Source of the DNA: the human T2T-CHM13v2.0 reference genome, Homo sapiens
Strand: one strand, 5' to 3'
DNA: 64,000 nt
Assembly (NCBI RefSeq): GCF_009914755.1
Contig: NC_060928.1
The position numbers were made by a program, and so were the translations under genes. The notes below the pieces were generated by a model. It saw nothing but the letters and a program-made list of their open reading frames with translations. It had not been told where the DNA came from and did not search any database. Below, piece after piece: positions 27,023-44,836 of the stretch (its first letter is position 1; the number at the start of each line of letters is the position of its first letter).

Positions 27023-29419
27023 TGTACTAATCTGTTCTTGCACTGCTGTAAAGTAATACCTGAGACTGGGGTATTTATAAAAACATGAGAGGTTTAATTG
27101 GCTCATGGTTTTGCAGGCTGTACAGGAAGCATAGCAACTTCTGCCTCTGGGAGGCCTCAGGAAAATTACAATTATGGAAGGCGGTGAAAGAGAAGCAGGC
27201 ACATTTTACATGAACAGAGCAGAAGCAAGAGAGAGAATGGGGAGGTGCCACACGCTTTTAAACAACAAGATCTTGCAAGCACTCACTCAGTATCATGAAA
27301 GCAGCATCAAAGAGGAAGTTTGCCCTCATAATTCAATCACCTCTGATACCAGGCCCCACCTCCAGCATTAAGGAATACAATTCTACATGAGATTTGTCAG
27401 AGACACAGATGTAAACCTTATCATTCCACCCCAGCCTCTCCCAAATCTTATGTCTTTCTCATATAGCAAAATTCAATCATGCCTTCCCAATAAACCCCAA
27501 AGTCTTAACTCCTTTCAGCATTCTCCCCAAAGTCCAAAGTCTCATCTGAGAAAAGACAAGTCCTTTCCACCTATAAGCCTGTAAAATAAAAAACAAGTTA
27601 GTTACTCCTAAGATACAATGGGGGGTATAGGCATTGGGTAAATACTCCCATTCCAAAAGAGTGAAATTGGCTAAAAGAAAGGGGCTACAAGTCCCATGCA
27701 AGTCTGAAACCCAGCAGAGCAGTCATTAAACATTAAAGCTCCAAAATAATCTCCTTTGACTCCATGTCCAAAATCCAGGACAAACTGATATGAAAGGTGG
27801 GCTTCCCAGGCCTTGGGCAGCTCTATCCTTGTGGCTTTGCAGGGTTCCATCCCCATAACTGCTTTTACAGTCTGGTATTAAGTGCCTGTGACTTTTTCAG
27901 ATGTGTAGTGCAAACTGTCAGTGGATCTACCATTCTGGGGTCTGGAGGATGGTGGCCCTCTTCTCACAGCTCCACTAAGCAGTGCCCCAGTGAGGCTGCT
28001 GTATGGGGGCTCCAACCCCACATTTTCCCCTCCACACTGTCCTAGTAGAGGTTGTCCAGGAGGCCTCTACCCCTGCAGCGGGCTTCTTCCTGGACATCCA
28101 GGCTTTTCCATACACCCTCTAAAGTCTGGGTGGAGGCTCCCAGGCCTCGACTCTTGCATTTTGTGCACCTGAAGGCTTAACACTACATGGAAGCCACCAA
28201 AGCTTATAGCTTGTACCCTCTGAAGCAGTGGCCTGAGCTGTATCTGGCCACAGCTGGAGCTGGAGCAGCAAGGATACAGGGAGTGGTGTCCCAAGGCTGT
28301 GCAAGGCAGTGGGGCCCTATGCCTTGCCCATAAAACCATTTGTCCCTCCTAGGCCTCTGGGCCTGTGATGGGAAAGGCTGCCACGAGGGTCTCTGAAATG
28401 TCTTCAAGGCCTTTTCCCCATTGTCTTGGATATTAGCACTTGGCTCTTTTTTAGTTATACAAATTTTGCAGCTGACTTTAATTCCTCCCCTGAAAATGGG
28501 CTTTTCTTTTCTACCACATGGATAGGCTGCAAATTTTTCAAACTTTTACACTCTGCTTTCCTTTTAAACATAAGTTCTAGTTTCAGATCATTTATTTGCT
28601 CATGTATATGAGAATAGGCTATCAGAAGCAGCCAGGTCACATCTTAAACCCTTTGCTGCTTATAAATGTCTTCCACCAGATACATTGAATTATCGCTCTC
28701 AAATTCAAATTTCCACAGATCCCTAGGACACAGTGCCACCAGTCTCTTTGCTAAAGTATAGTGAAAGTGGCATTTACTCCAGTTGCCAATAAGTTCCTTA
28801 TTTCCATCTGAGACCTCCTCAGCCTGAACTTTATTGTCCATATCATTATCAGCATTTTGGTCACAACAACTTAACAACTTAAGTCTTTAGGAAGTTCCAA
28901 AGTTTCCCTCATTTTCCTGTCTTCTTCTGAGCTCTCTACACTCTTCCAACCTCTGCCTATTACCCAGTTCCAAAGTTGCCTCCACATTTTCAGGTATCCT
29001 TATAGCAATGCCCTACTCATCAGTACTGATTTTCTGTATTAGTCTGTTCTGGCACTGCTATAAAGAAATACCTGAGACTGGGTAATTTACAAATAAAAGA
29101 GATTTAATTGGGTTGTGATTCTGCAGGCTGTACAGGAAGCATATAGCAGCTTCTGCTTCTGGGGAGGCCTCAGGAAACTTATAATCATGGCACAAGGCGA
29201 AGGAGAAGCAGGCACATTTTACGTGGCTGGAGCAGGAGCAAGAAAGAGATGGAGAAGGTGCCATGTACTTTCTCACAAGCACTCACTACTGTCACAAGAG
29301 CAGCACTGAGAGGAAGATATGGCCCCATGATTCAATCACCTCCCACCACTACCCCCTCCAATACTGGGGATTCAATTCAGGATGAGATTTGCACAGGGAC
29401 ACAGATCCAAACCATATAA
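27023..29419 (-). mobile_element. Complete MST (MSTA-like) MaLR element: LTR 27023-27423, internal 27424-29034, LTR 29035-29419
   Basis: Two LTRs (tgta.ta.tctgttct.gcactgct.taaag.aatacctgagactggg ... aaacc.tat.a) flank an internal region homologous to THE1-int. No clear TSD. Confidence 0.92.
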
Positions 29420-29639
29420 TTGGGTTGGTGTACCAAATTTTCAGAAGGAACAAAAGTGATGAGGCTAGTAAATAAGGTAAAAAGTGAGCATTTAAAATGT
29501 ATTAAAGTAACAGAGAAATAGAATGAATACATAATATAAAATTTAAACATAGCTAATGTAACTGGCTGTATGGAGTTCTTAAGAACTGCCTAAGTACCAC
29601 ATGGCTTAGAAGTAATATTAATGAAGATGACTTAGGAGT

Positions 29640-30144
29640 TGTGTCAGTTTCCAAACACTGCTATAATAAATTACTATACATTTAATGGCTTAAAAGAAGA
29701 CAAATTTATTATGTTACAATTGTGGAAGTGAGAAACCCCCAAATGAGTCTTAATGAGAAAAAGATCAATGTGTCAGCAGCACTGTGTTCCTTCTGGAGGC
29801 TGAGAGGGAGAAATCCCTCTTTCCCTTTTGCAGCTTCTAGAGGCTGCCTGCATTCCTTGGCTGCTGGCATCCCTCCAGCAATATATCACTGGATATCAGC
29901 AGTATATCGCTCTGCTTTCTGCTTCCGTGATTCCTTCTCTGACTCTGATCCCACTGCTTCCTGCTAATGAAGACCTTTAAGATTACATTGGGCCCGCCAG
30001 ATGACCCAGGGAATTTTTTCCCATCTCAAGCTATTTAATTTAATCACATCTGCAAAATCTGTTTGCCATGTAAGGTAACAATTGCAGATTCTGGGGAATA
30101 GGGTATGACATATTTGAGGAGGAGGCATTATTCTGTCGGCAATA
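29640..30144 (-). mobile_element. MaLR solo LTR (MLT1C/D-like)
   Basis: tgtgtcagtttcc...ttaatcacatctgcaaaatctgtttgccatgtaaggtaaca...ggcattattctg. Confidence 0.85.
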
Positions 30145-31046
30145 GAAGCTTTAGGAGAAATAAGTGCAAGACAATGCAACATGTGGGTAAAATTAATGTG
30201 ATATTATACTTCAGAGATAGAAAAGCAAAAGTTCCTAATGGAAGAAATAGTTCGGCTCAGCTCTGCTGATCACAAAGGTTAGACTACAGAAGATGGACTA
30301 GGATGGTAAGTGGAATTAAAAACATGTTCTGTTGTAGAAATCTGAAAATATTTGTGTATAAAAAGAAGATATAATGCCTTTGTTCAAATATTCATAAGAT
30401 TGATAGGAAGGAGAAATTAGTAGCATTTTGTTAGGCTCAAAAGCTGGAATAGGACCATTAAGCTGAAGTTGTAGTATGGCAAATCTTTGAGTAAGCATAG
30501 AAAGAAAAACTGTTTCTCTTCCCTTTATGTCTTTGAGCTTGTAGTTTATCAAACCCTTTATGGGTATGTGGAAATGGAGATTAAAGCCTCAGATAAGAGG
30601 CTGGATTAAACTACATTATTTTGTGGTTACTTTAAAAACGTTGATTTTACTGTTCTTTGATTTTACTATCCTCTGGCTTACTCTTAGGAAAGAATCACTC
30701 TAGTGCTTACTATTGTTATTTTTTTTTCCATCTGTCAAATGAGATCTTGTTTGTATAAGCCAGTAAGTAAGAGATCTGTAATCAGGCATAAAGTGAATCA
30801 GAAGTAGAAGGATCTCTCTGAAAAGCTCATGCACTGTATCATGACTGAGAAATTTATATTTAAATGAGAAATCTTAGGATAAAAATTCACATTTTGAAAA
30901 GACAGTACAAAAAAGAATACAAAAGGAAAACTTTAATGTAGTGATAGCAACAAAAACAGTCAGAAGCAATTCATTTCCAATTACATAAAGAGGGCCACGC
31001 AGTAAATAAGAATTGTATCTGTTCATCTTTGTAAAATGATTGGAAA

Positions 31047-31332
31047 GGCCAGTTGCGGTGGCTCACGCCTGTAATCCCAGCACTTTGGAAGGCCGAGGTG
31101 GGTGGATCACTAGGTCAGAAGTTCGAGACTAGCTTGACCAACATGGTGAAACCCCGTCTATACTAAAAATACAAAAATTAGCCGGGCATGGTGGCACACA
31201 CCTGTAATCCCAATTACTCAGGAGGCTGAGGCAGGAGACTCTGAACTCGGGAGGCAGAGGTTGCAGTGAGCTGAGATTATGCCACTGCACTACAGCCTGG
31301 GCAACAAAGTGAGACTCAATCTTAAAAAAAAA
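31047..31332 (+). mobile_element. Full-length AluS
   Basis: Two-arm Alu; TSD AAAATGATTG(G/C)AAA at 31033-31046 and 31329-31342. Confidence 0.96.
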
Positions 31333-31425
31333 TGATTGCAAATATTATGTATAAAATCTGTTATTAATTCACTGAGAGAAGGAAGCAGAGATGACATCTG
31401 TGGTGGTTAATAGTGAGTGTCAGCT

Positions 31426-31783
31426 TGATTGGATTAAAGGATGCAAAGTATTGATCCTGGGTGTGTCTGTGAGGGTGTTGCCAAAGGAGATTAACATTTG
31501 AGTCAGTGGGCTGGGAAAGCCAGACCCACCCTTAATCTGGGTGGGCACCATCTAATCAGCTACCAGCAAGGCCAGGATATAAAGCAGGCAGAAAATAATG
31601 AAAAGGCTAGACTGGCTTAGCCTCCCAGCCTACATCCTTCTCCCAAGCTGGATGCTTCATGCCCTCAAACATCAGACTCCAAGTACTTCAGCTTTGGGAC
31701 TTGGACTGGATTCCTTGCTCCTCAGCTTGTAGATGGCCTATTGTGGGACCTTGTGAAAGTGTGAGTTAATACTCCTTAATAAA
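31426..31783 (+). promoter_or_regulatory. MLT2A 5' LTR promoter elements: DUX4 motif 31426-31436, TATAAA 31578-31583, GTGAGT splice donor 31761-31766, AATAAA 31778-31783
   Basis: Motifs read directly. Function is inferred from known DUX4 activation of MLT2A/HERV-L. Confidence 0.6.
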
Positions 31784-31891
31784 ACCCCATACATGTGTGT
31801 GTGTATGTGTGTGTGTATATATATATATATATAAAAATATATATACACACACAAATATATATATATAAACATATACACAAAAAAATATACA

Positions 31892-34049
<2,158 letters not shown>

Positions 34050-34050
<1 letters not shown>

Positions 34051-36975
34051 ACCAGGGTAACTGTGCACTGGGGAAAGGGAAATGATCAGACATTTTGGGA
34101 ACACTGGCTCTGAGCTGATGTTGATTCCAGGTGACCCAAAATGTTACTGTGGTCCTCCAGTTAAAGTAGGGGCTTATGGAGGTCAGGTAGTTAATAAAGT
34201 TTTTGCTTAGGTCTGACTTACAATGGGTGCAGTGGGTCCCTGGACTCACCCTGTGGTCATTTCCCCAGTGCCAGAATGCACAATTGGCATAAACATACTT
34301 AGCAGCTGGCAGAACCCCCACATTGGCTCCCTCACTGGTAGGGTGAGGGCTGTCATGGTGGGGGAGGCCAAATGGAAGCCATTAGAGCTGCCTCTACCTA
34401 GAAAAATATTAAGTAAAAAACAATATCAGATCCCTGGAGGAATTGCAGAGAATTAGTGCCACCATCAAGGACTTGAAAGACGTAGGGGTGGTGATTTCCA
34501 CCACATCCCTGTTCAACTCTCCTATTTGGCCTGTGCAGAAGACAGATGGATCTTGGAGAATGATAGTAGATTATCGTAAGCTTAACCAAGTGGTGACTCC
34601 AATTGCAGCTGCTGTACCAGATGTGGCATCATTGCTTGAGCAAATTAACAGATCTGCTGGTACCTGGTATGCAGCCATTGACTTGGCAAATGCCTTTTTC
34701 TCCATCCCTGTCCATAAAGCCCACCAGAAGCAATTTGCTTCAGCTGGCAAGGCCAGTGATATACCTTTACCATCCTACTTCAGGGGTATATCAACTCTCT
34801 GGCTTTGTGTCATAATCTTACTCGGAGAGACCTTGATTGCTTTTCCCTTCCACAAGATATCACACTGGCCCATTACATTGATGACATTATGCTGATTGAA
34901 TCCAGTGAGCAAGAATTAGCAAACACACTGGACTTACTGGTGAAACATTCGTGTGCCAGAGGATGGGAAATAAATATGATTAAAATTAATGGATTTTCTA
35001 CCTTAATAAAATTTCTAGGTTTCCAGTGTAGTGGGGCCTGTTAAGGTATTCCTTCTAAGGTGAAGGATAAGTTCTGTATTTGGCCCTTCCTACAACCAGG
35101 AAAGAGGCACAATGCCTAGTGGGCCTATTTGGATTTTGGAGGCAACACATTCCTTGTTTGGGTGTGTTACTCTGGCCCATTTGTCAAATGACCAAAAAGG
35201 CTGCCAGTTTTGAGTGGGGTCCAGAACAGGAGAAGGCTCTGCAACAGGTCCAGGCCGCTGTGCAAGCTGCTCTTCCACTTGGGCCATATAACTCAGCAGA
35301 TCCAACGGTGCTTGAGGTGTCAGTGACAGATAGGTATGCTGTTTGGAGCCTTTGGCAGACCCCCATAGGTGAATCACAGTGGAGGCCTCTAAGATTTTGT
35401 AGCAAGGCCCTGCCATCTCTGCAGATAACCACTCTCCTTTTGAGAGAGAGCTCTTGGCCTGTTACTGGGCTTTGGTGGAAACTGAAAGTTTGACTATGGG
35501 TCATCAAGTCACCCTCCAACCTGAACTGCCTATCATGAACTGGGTGCTTTCTGACCCATCTAACCATAAAGTGGGCCGTGCACAGTAGCATTCCATCATC
35601 AAATGGAAGTGGTGTATACGTGATCAGGGTCAAGCAAGTCCCGAAGGTTCTAGTAAGTTACATGAGGAAGTGGCTCAAATGGCCATGGTCTCCACTCCTG
35701 CCTCTCTACCTTCTCTCCTCCAGCCTGCACTGATGGCCTCATGGGGAGTTGTCTATGATCAGTTGACAGAGGGAGAGAAGACTAGGTCCTGGTTCACAGA
35801 TTGCTCTGCATGATATGCAAGCACCACCCAAAAGTAGACAGCTGCAGCACTACAGCCCCTTTCCAGGACATCCCTGAAGGACAGTGGTGAAGGGAAATCT
35901 TCCCAGTGGGCCAAACTTCGAGCGTTACACCTGGTTGTGCACTTTGCATGGAAAGAGAAATAGCCAGATGTGTGATTATATACTGATTCATGGGCTGTAG
36001 CCAATGGTTTGGCTGGATGGTCAAAGACTTGGAAGAAGCATGACTGGAAACTTGATGACAAAGAAATGTGGGGAAGAGGTTATGTGGGTGGACCTCTCTG
36101 AGTGGTCAAAAACTGTGAAGATATTTGTATCCCATGTGAGTGCTCACCAATGGGTGACCTCAGCAGAGGGGGAGTTTAATAATCAAGTGGAGAGGATGAC
36201 CCATCCTGTGGACACCACTCAGTCTCTTTCCCCAGCCACCCCTGTCATCGTTGGCCAATGGGCCCATGAACAAGTGGCTGTGGTGGCAGGGATGGAGGTT
36301 ATGCATGGGCTTAGCAACATGGACCTCCACTCACCAAGGCTGACCTGGCTATAGCCACTGTTGTGCGCCCAAGTTGCCAGCAGCAGAGACCAACACTGAG
36401 CCCTTGATATGGCACCATTTCTTGGAGTGTTCAGCCAGCTACCTGGTGGCAGGTTGATTGTATTGGACCTCTTCCATCATGGAAAGGGCAGAGGTTTGTC
36501 CTGACTGGAGTAGTCACTTACTCCAGATATATGTTTGCCTATCCTAAATGTAATGCTTATGCCAAGGCTAGCATCCATGGACTCATGAAATGCCTTATCC
36601 ACAGTCATGGTATTCCACACAGCATTGCCTCAGACCAAGGAACTCACTTTATGGCTAAAGAATGTGGCAGTGGTCTCATGCTTATGGAATTCACTGGCCC
36701 TACCATGTTCCTCATCATCCTGAAGCAGCTGGACTGATAGAAGAGTGGAATGGCCTTTTGAAGTCACAATTACAATTCCAACTAGGTGACAATACTTTGC
36801 AGGACTGGGGCAAAGTTCTTCAGAATGCTGTGTTGTCTCTGAATCAGAGTCCAATATATGGTACTGTTTCTCCCATAGCCAGGATTCATAGGTCCAGGAA
36901 TCAATGGGTGAAAGTAGAAGTGGCACCACTCACCATCACCCCTAGTGATCCACTAGCAAAATTTTTGCTTCCTGT
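34050..36975 (+). pseudogene. HERV-L pro/pol remnant (protease, RT, RNase H, integrase)
   Basis: [46 protein letters not shown] (RT); HVSAHQ (RNase H); SDQGTHF and HPEAAGLIEEWNGLLK (IN); many frameshifts. Confidence 0.92.
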
Positions 36976-37353
36976 TCCCATGACATTACGTTGGAGAAAC
37001 ACTGCCACCAGGAGACACAACAACCATTCCATTATCCTGGAAGTTAAGATTGCCACTTGGACACTTTGGGCTCCTCCTACCTTTATGTCAACAGGCTAAG
37101 AAGTGAGTTACAGTGTTGTCTGGGGGCAATTGACCTAGACTATGAAGATGAAATCAGTCTACCACTCCACAATGGAAGTAAGGAAGAGTATGCATGGAAT
37201 ACAGGAGCTTCCTTAGGGAATCTCTTGATATTACCATGCGCTATAATTAAGGTCAATAGGAAATTACAACAGCCCAATCCAGGCAGGACTACAAATGGCC
37301 CAGACCCTTCAGGATTGAAGGGTTGGGTCACCCCACAAGGTAAAAAACTATGA
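36975..37353 (+). pseudogene. HERV-L dUTPase remnant
   Basis: GAIDLDYEDEISLPLHNG (dUTPase motif III-like), located after IN as expected for ERV-L. Confidence 0.8.
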
Positions 37354-38421
37354 CTTGTTGAGGTGCTTGCTGAAACCAAAAGGAATACAAAATGGGTAGC
37401 AGAAGAAGGTAGTGATCAATACCAGCTACAACCACATGACCAGTTACAGAAATGAGGACTGTAATTGTCGTATTTCCTTCTTCTTTTGTTAAAAACATGT
37501 TTGTGCATGGAGAAACAGTACCGTATAATGGACTCTGATTCAGAAAATGTATACGCTTGTACCAAGAAAATATCTTCATTTTATTTCCTTTTGCCTTTAT
37601 AATGTAAAAGAAGATGTATTGAATTGATATCAGCATTTAAGTATTGTTAACTTTATGTAATAGCATTTTGGTTAGGGATTGGTGAGTTTCCGGTTGTACA
37701 AAGGATAGTTGTATTGTGTTATGCATAATTATGAACTTATTTTGTCTTTATTTGAAGATTATGTATGATCTCAGGAGATACGTATGGGTTCAAGTTGACA
37801 AGGGGTGGACTTGTGATGGTTAATATTGAGTGGCAACTTGGTTGGATTGAAGGATGCATAGTATTGATCTTGGGTGTCTCTTTGAGGTTGTTGCCAAAGG
37901 AGATTAACATTTGAGTAAGTGGGCTGAGAAAGCCAGACCCACCCTTAATCTGGGTGGGCACCATCTAATCAGCTGTCAGCATGGCCAGGATATAAAGCAG
38001 GCAGAAAAACAAGAAAAGGCTAGACTGGCTTAGCCTCCCAGCCTACTGTGCTGTATGCTTCCTGACCTCAAACATCAGACTCCAAGTACTTCAGCTTTGG
38101 GACTCGGACTGGCTTCCTTGCTCCTCAGCTTGTAGATGGCCTATTGTGGGACCTTGTGATCATGTGAGTTAATACTCCTCAATAAACCACCCTATTCCAT
38201 TAGTTCTGTTTCTCTAGAGAACTCTGACAAATACAGGATAACCCAAATTTCTATATAAAATCGTGTATTTATGAATTATTTTCTTAGAGGTAAACAAATA
38301 AAATAATTGTCCTCCAAATGACATCATTAAATTTTGAGAAACAAGATTGATTCTCTTCTGAAACTATAGAATCTGAAATGTTGAGGAACCCTACATGTCA
38401 TTTTATTTATCTAAATTCTTT

Positions 38422-38725
38422 TTTCTTTTTCTTTTTTTTTTTTTTGGAGATAGAGTCTCACTCTGTTGCCCAGGCTGGAGTGCAGTGGCATGGTCTAGCT
38501 TACTGCAACCTCCAACTCCTAGGTTCAAGGGATTCTCCAGCTTCAGCCTCCCAAGTAGCTGAGACTACAGGCATGTGCCACCATGCCCAGCTAATTTTTT
38601 GTATTTTTAGTAGAGATGGGTTTCACCATTTTAGCCAGGATGGTCTCAATCACCTGACCTTGTGATCTGCCTGCTTCGGCCTCCCAAAGTGCTGGGATTA
38701 CAAGTGTGAGCCACTGTGCTTGGCC
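38422..38725 (-). mobile_element. Full-length AluS (Sc-like)
   Basis: Reverse Alu with poly(T); TSD TATTTATCT(A/T)AATTCTTT at 38404-38421 and 38726-38743. Confidence 0.96.
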
Positions 38726-39229
38726 TATTTATCTTAATTCTTTAAAGCAGCATTTTAAAATTAACTGTAATCCCCAAAGCATTAATGGAATCACAAGAAC
38801 AATGAAAAGGAAAGGAAAGCTATGTTTTTAGAGTTTTCTATACATGAATTACTTTGATGTGTACTAAGGAAAAAGTAATTAGGACGAAGATGAAAATTTA
38901 AGCATTAGATAACTGTCCTTAAGTAATTAGGATAAAGATGAGAAGTTTTGGTTACACTGAAAAATAAATTCCTTTTTTTTTTAGCTTTTAATTGGTTTTT
39001 ATTTTTTATTTTTATTTTTTTATTATTATACTTTAAGTTTTAGGGTACATGTGCACAATGTGCAGGTTAGTTACATATGTATACATGTGCCATGCTGGTG
39101 CACTGCACCCACTAACTCATCATCTAGCATTAGGTATATCTCCCAATGCTATCCCTCCCCCCTCCCCTCACCCCACAACAGTCCCCAGAGTGTGATGTTC
39201 CCCTTCCTGTGTCCATGTGTTCTTATTGT

Positions 39230-43068
<3,839 letters not shown>

Positions 43069-43116
43069 TTATTTTGCTCGTTAGTTGATGCAGTTTCTTC
43101 CTAGTCTCTATGGTCT

Positions 43117-44125
43117 TTACATTTTGGCATGATTTTGCAGTGGCTGGTACCGGTTGTTCCTTTCCATGTTTAGTGCTTCCTTTAGGAGCTCTTTTAGGGC
43201 AAGCCTCGTGGTGACAAAATCTCTCAGCATTTGCTTGTCTGTAAAGTATTTTATTTCTCCTTCACTTATGAAGCTTAGTTTGGCTGGACATGAAATTCTG
43301 GGTTGAAAATTCTTTTCTTTAAGAATGTTGAATATTGGCCCCCACTCTCTTCTGGCTTGTAGAGTTTCTGCCGAAAGATCCGCTGTTAGCCTGATGGGCT
43401 TCCTTTGAGGTTAACCCAACCTTTCTCTCTGGCTGCCCTTAACATTTTTTCCTTCATTTCAACTGTGGTGAATCTGACAATTATGTGTCTTGGAGTTGCT
43501 CTTCTCGAGGAGTATCTTTGTGGTGTTCCCTGTATTTCCTGAATCTGAACGTTGGTGTGCCTTGCTAGATTGGGGAAGTTCTCCTGGATAATATCCTGCA
43601 GAGTGTTTTCCAACTTGGTTCCATTCTAGGTGCACCAATCAGACGTAGACTTGGTCTTTTCACATAGTCCCATATTTCTTGGAGGCTTTGCTCATTCCTT
43701 TTTGTTCTTTTTTCTCTAAACTTCTCTTCTTGCTTCATTTCATTCATTTCATCTTCCATCGCTGATACCATTTCTTCCAGTTGATCGCACCGGCTCTGGC
43801 TCCTGAGGCTTCTGCATTCTTCACGTAGTTCTCAAGCCTTGGTTTTCAGCTCCATCAGCTCCTTTAAGCACTTCTCTGTATTGGTTTTTCTAGTTATATA
43901 TTCTTCTAAATTCTTTTCAAAGTTTTCAACTTCTTTGCCTTTGGTTTGAATGTCCTCCCATAGCTCGGAGTAATTTGATCGTCTGAAGCCTTCTTCTCTC
44001 AGCTCGTCAAAGTCGTTCTCCGTCCAGCTTTGTTCCATTGCTGGTGAGGAACTGCGTTCCTTTGGAGGAGGAGAGGCGCTCTGCTTTTTAGAGTTTCCAG
44101 TTTTTCTGCTGTGTTTTTTCCCCAT
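43117..44125 (-). pseudogene. L1 ORF1, disrupted
   Basis: MGKKHSRKTGNSKKQSASPPPKERSSSP...; split over several frames with a small deletion near 43627. Confidence 0.95.
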
Positions 44126-44581
44126 CTTTTTGGTTTTATCTACTTTTGGTCTTTGATTATGGTGATGTACAGATGGGTTTTTGGTGTGGATGTCCTTTCT
44201 GTTTGTTAGTTTTCCTTCTAACAGACAGGACCCTCAGCTGCAGGTCTGTTGGAATACTGGGCCCTCTGAGGTGTCAGTGTGCCCCTGCTGGGGGGGTGCC
44301 TCCCAGTTAGGCTGCTCGGGGGTCAGGGGTCAGGGACCCACTTGAGGAGGCAGTCTGCCCGTTCTCAGATCTCCAGCTGCATGCTGGGAGAACCACTGCT
44401 TTCTTCAAAGCTGTCAGACAGGGACATTTAAGTCTACAGAGGTTACTGCTGTCTTTTTGTTTGTCTGTGCCCTGCCCCTAGAGGTGGAGCCTACAGAGGC
44501 AGGCAGGCCTCCTTGAGCTGTGGTGGGCTCCACCCAGTTCCTGCTTCCTGGCTGCTTTGTTTACCTAAGCAAGCCTGGGCA

Positions 44582-44836
44582 ATGGCGGGCGCCCCTCCCC
44601 CAGGCTCGCTGCCACCTTGCAGTTTGATCTCAGACTGCTGTGCTAGCAATCAGCGAGACTCCCTGGGCATAGGACCTTCCGAGCCAGGTGCGGGATGTAA
44701 TCTCCTGGTGCGCCATTTTTTAAGCCTGTCAGAAAAGCGCAGTATTCGGGCGGGAGTGACCCGATTTTCCAGGTGCCGTCTGTCACCCCTTTCTTTGACT
44801 AGGAAAGGGAACTCCCTGACCCCTTGCTCTTCCTGA
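44582..44836 (+). CDS. L1 ORF0 (antisense 5' UTR ORF), open, 84 aa
   Basis: ATG in gcaATGG context; MAGAPPPGSLPPCSLISDCCASNQRDS...RFSRC matches primate ORF0. Expression is unknown. Confidence 0.6.
   Translation: MAGAPPPGSLPPCSLISDCCASNQRDSLGIGPSEPGAGCNLLVRHFLSLSEKRSIRAGVTRFSRCRLSPLSLTRKGNSLTPCSS

Noticed and set aside
27018-29424. Missing TSD around the MST element
   Set aside because: The right LTR terminus is itself degraded, so decay or a small deletion explains it.
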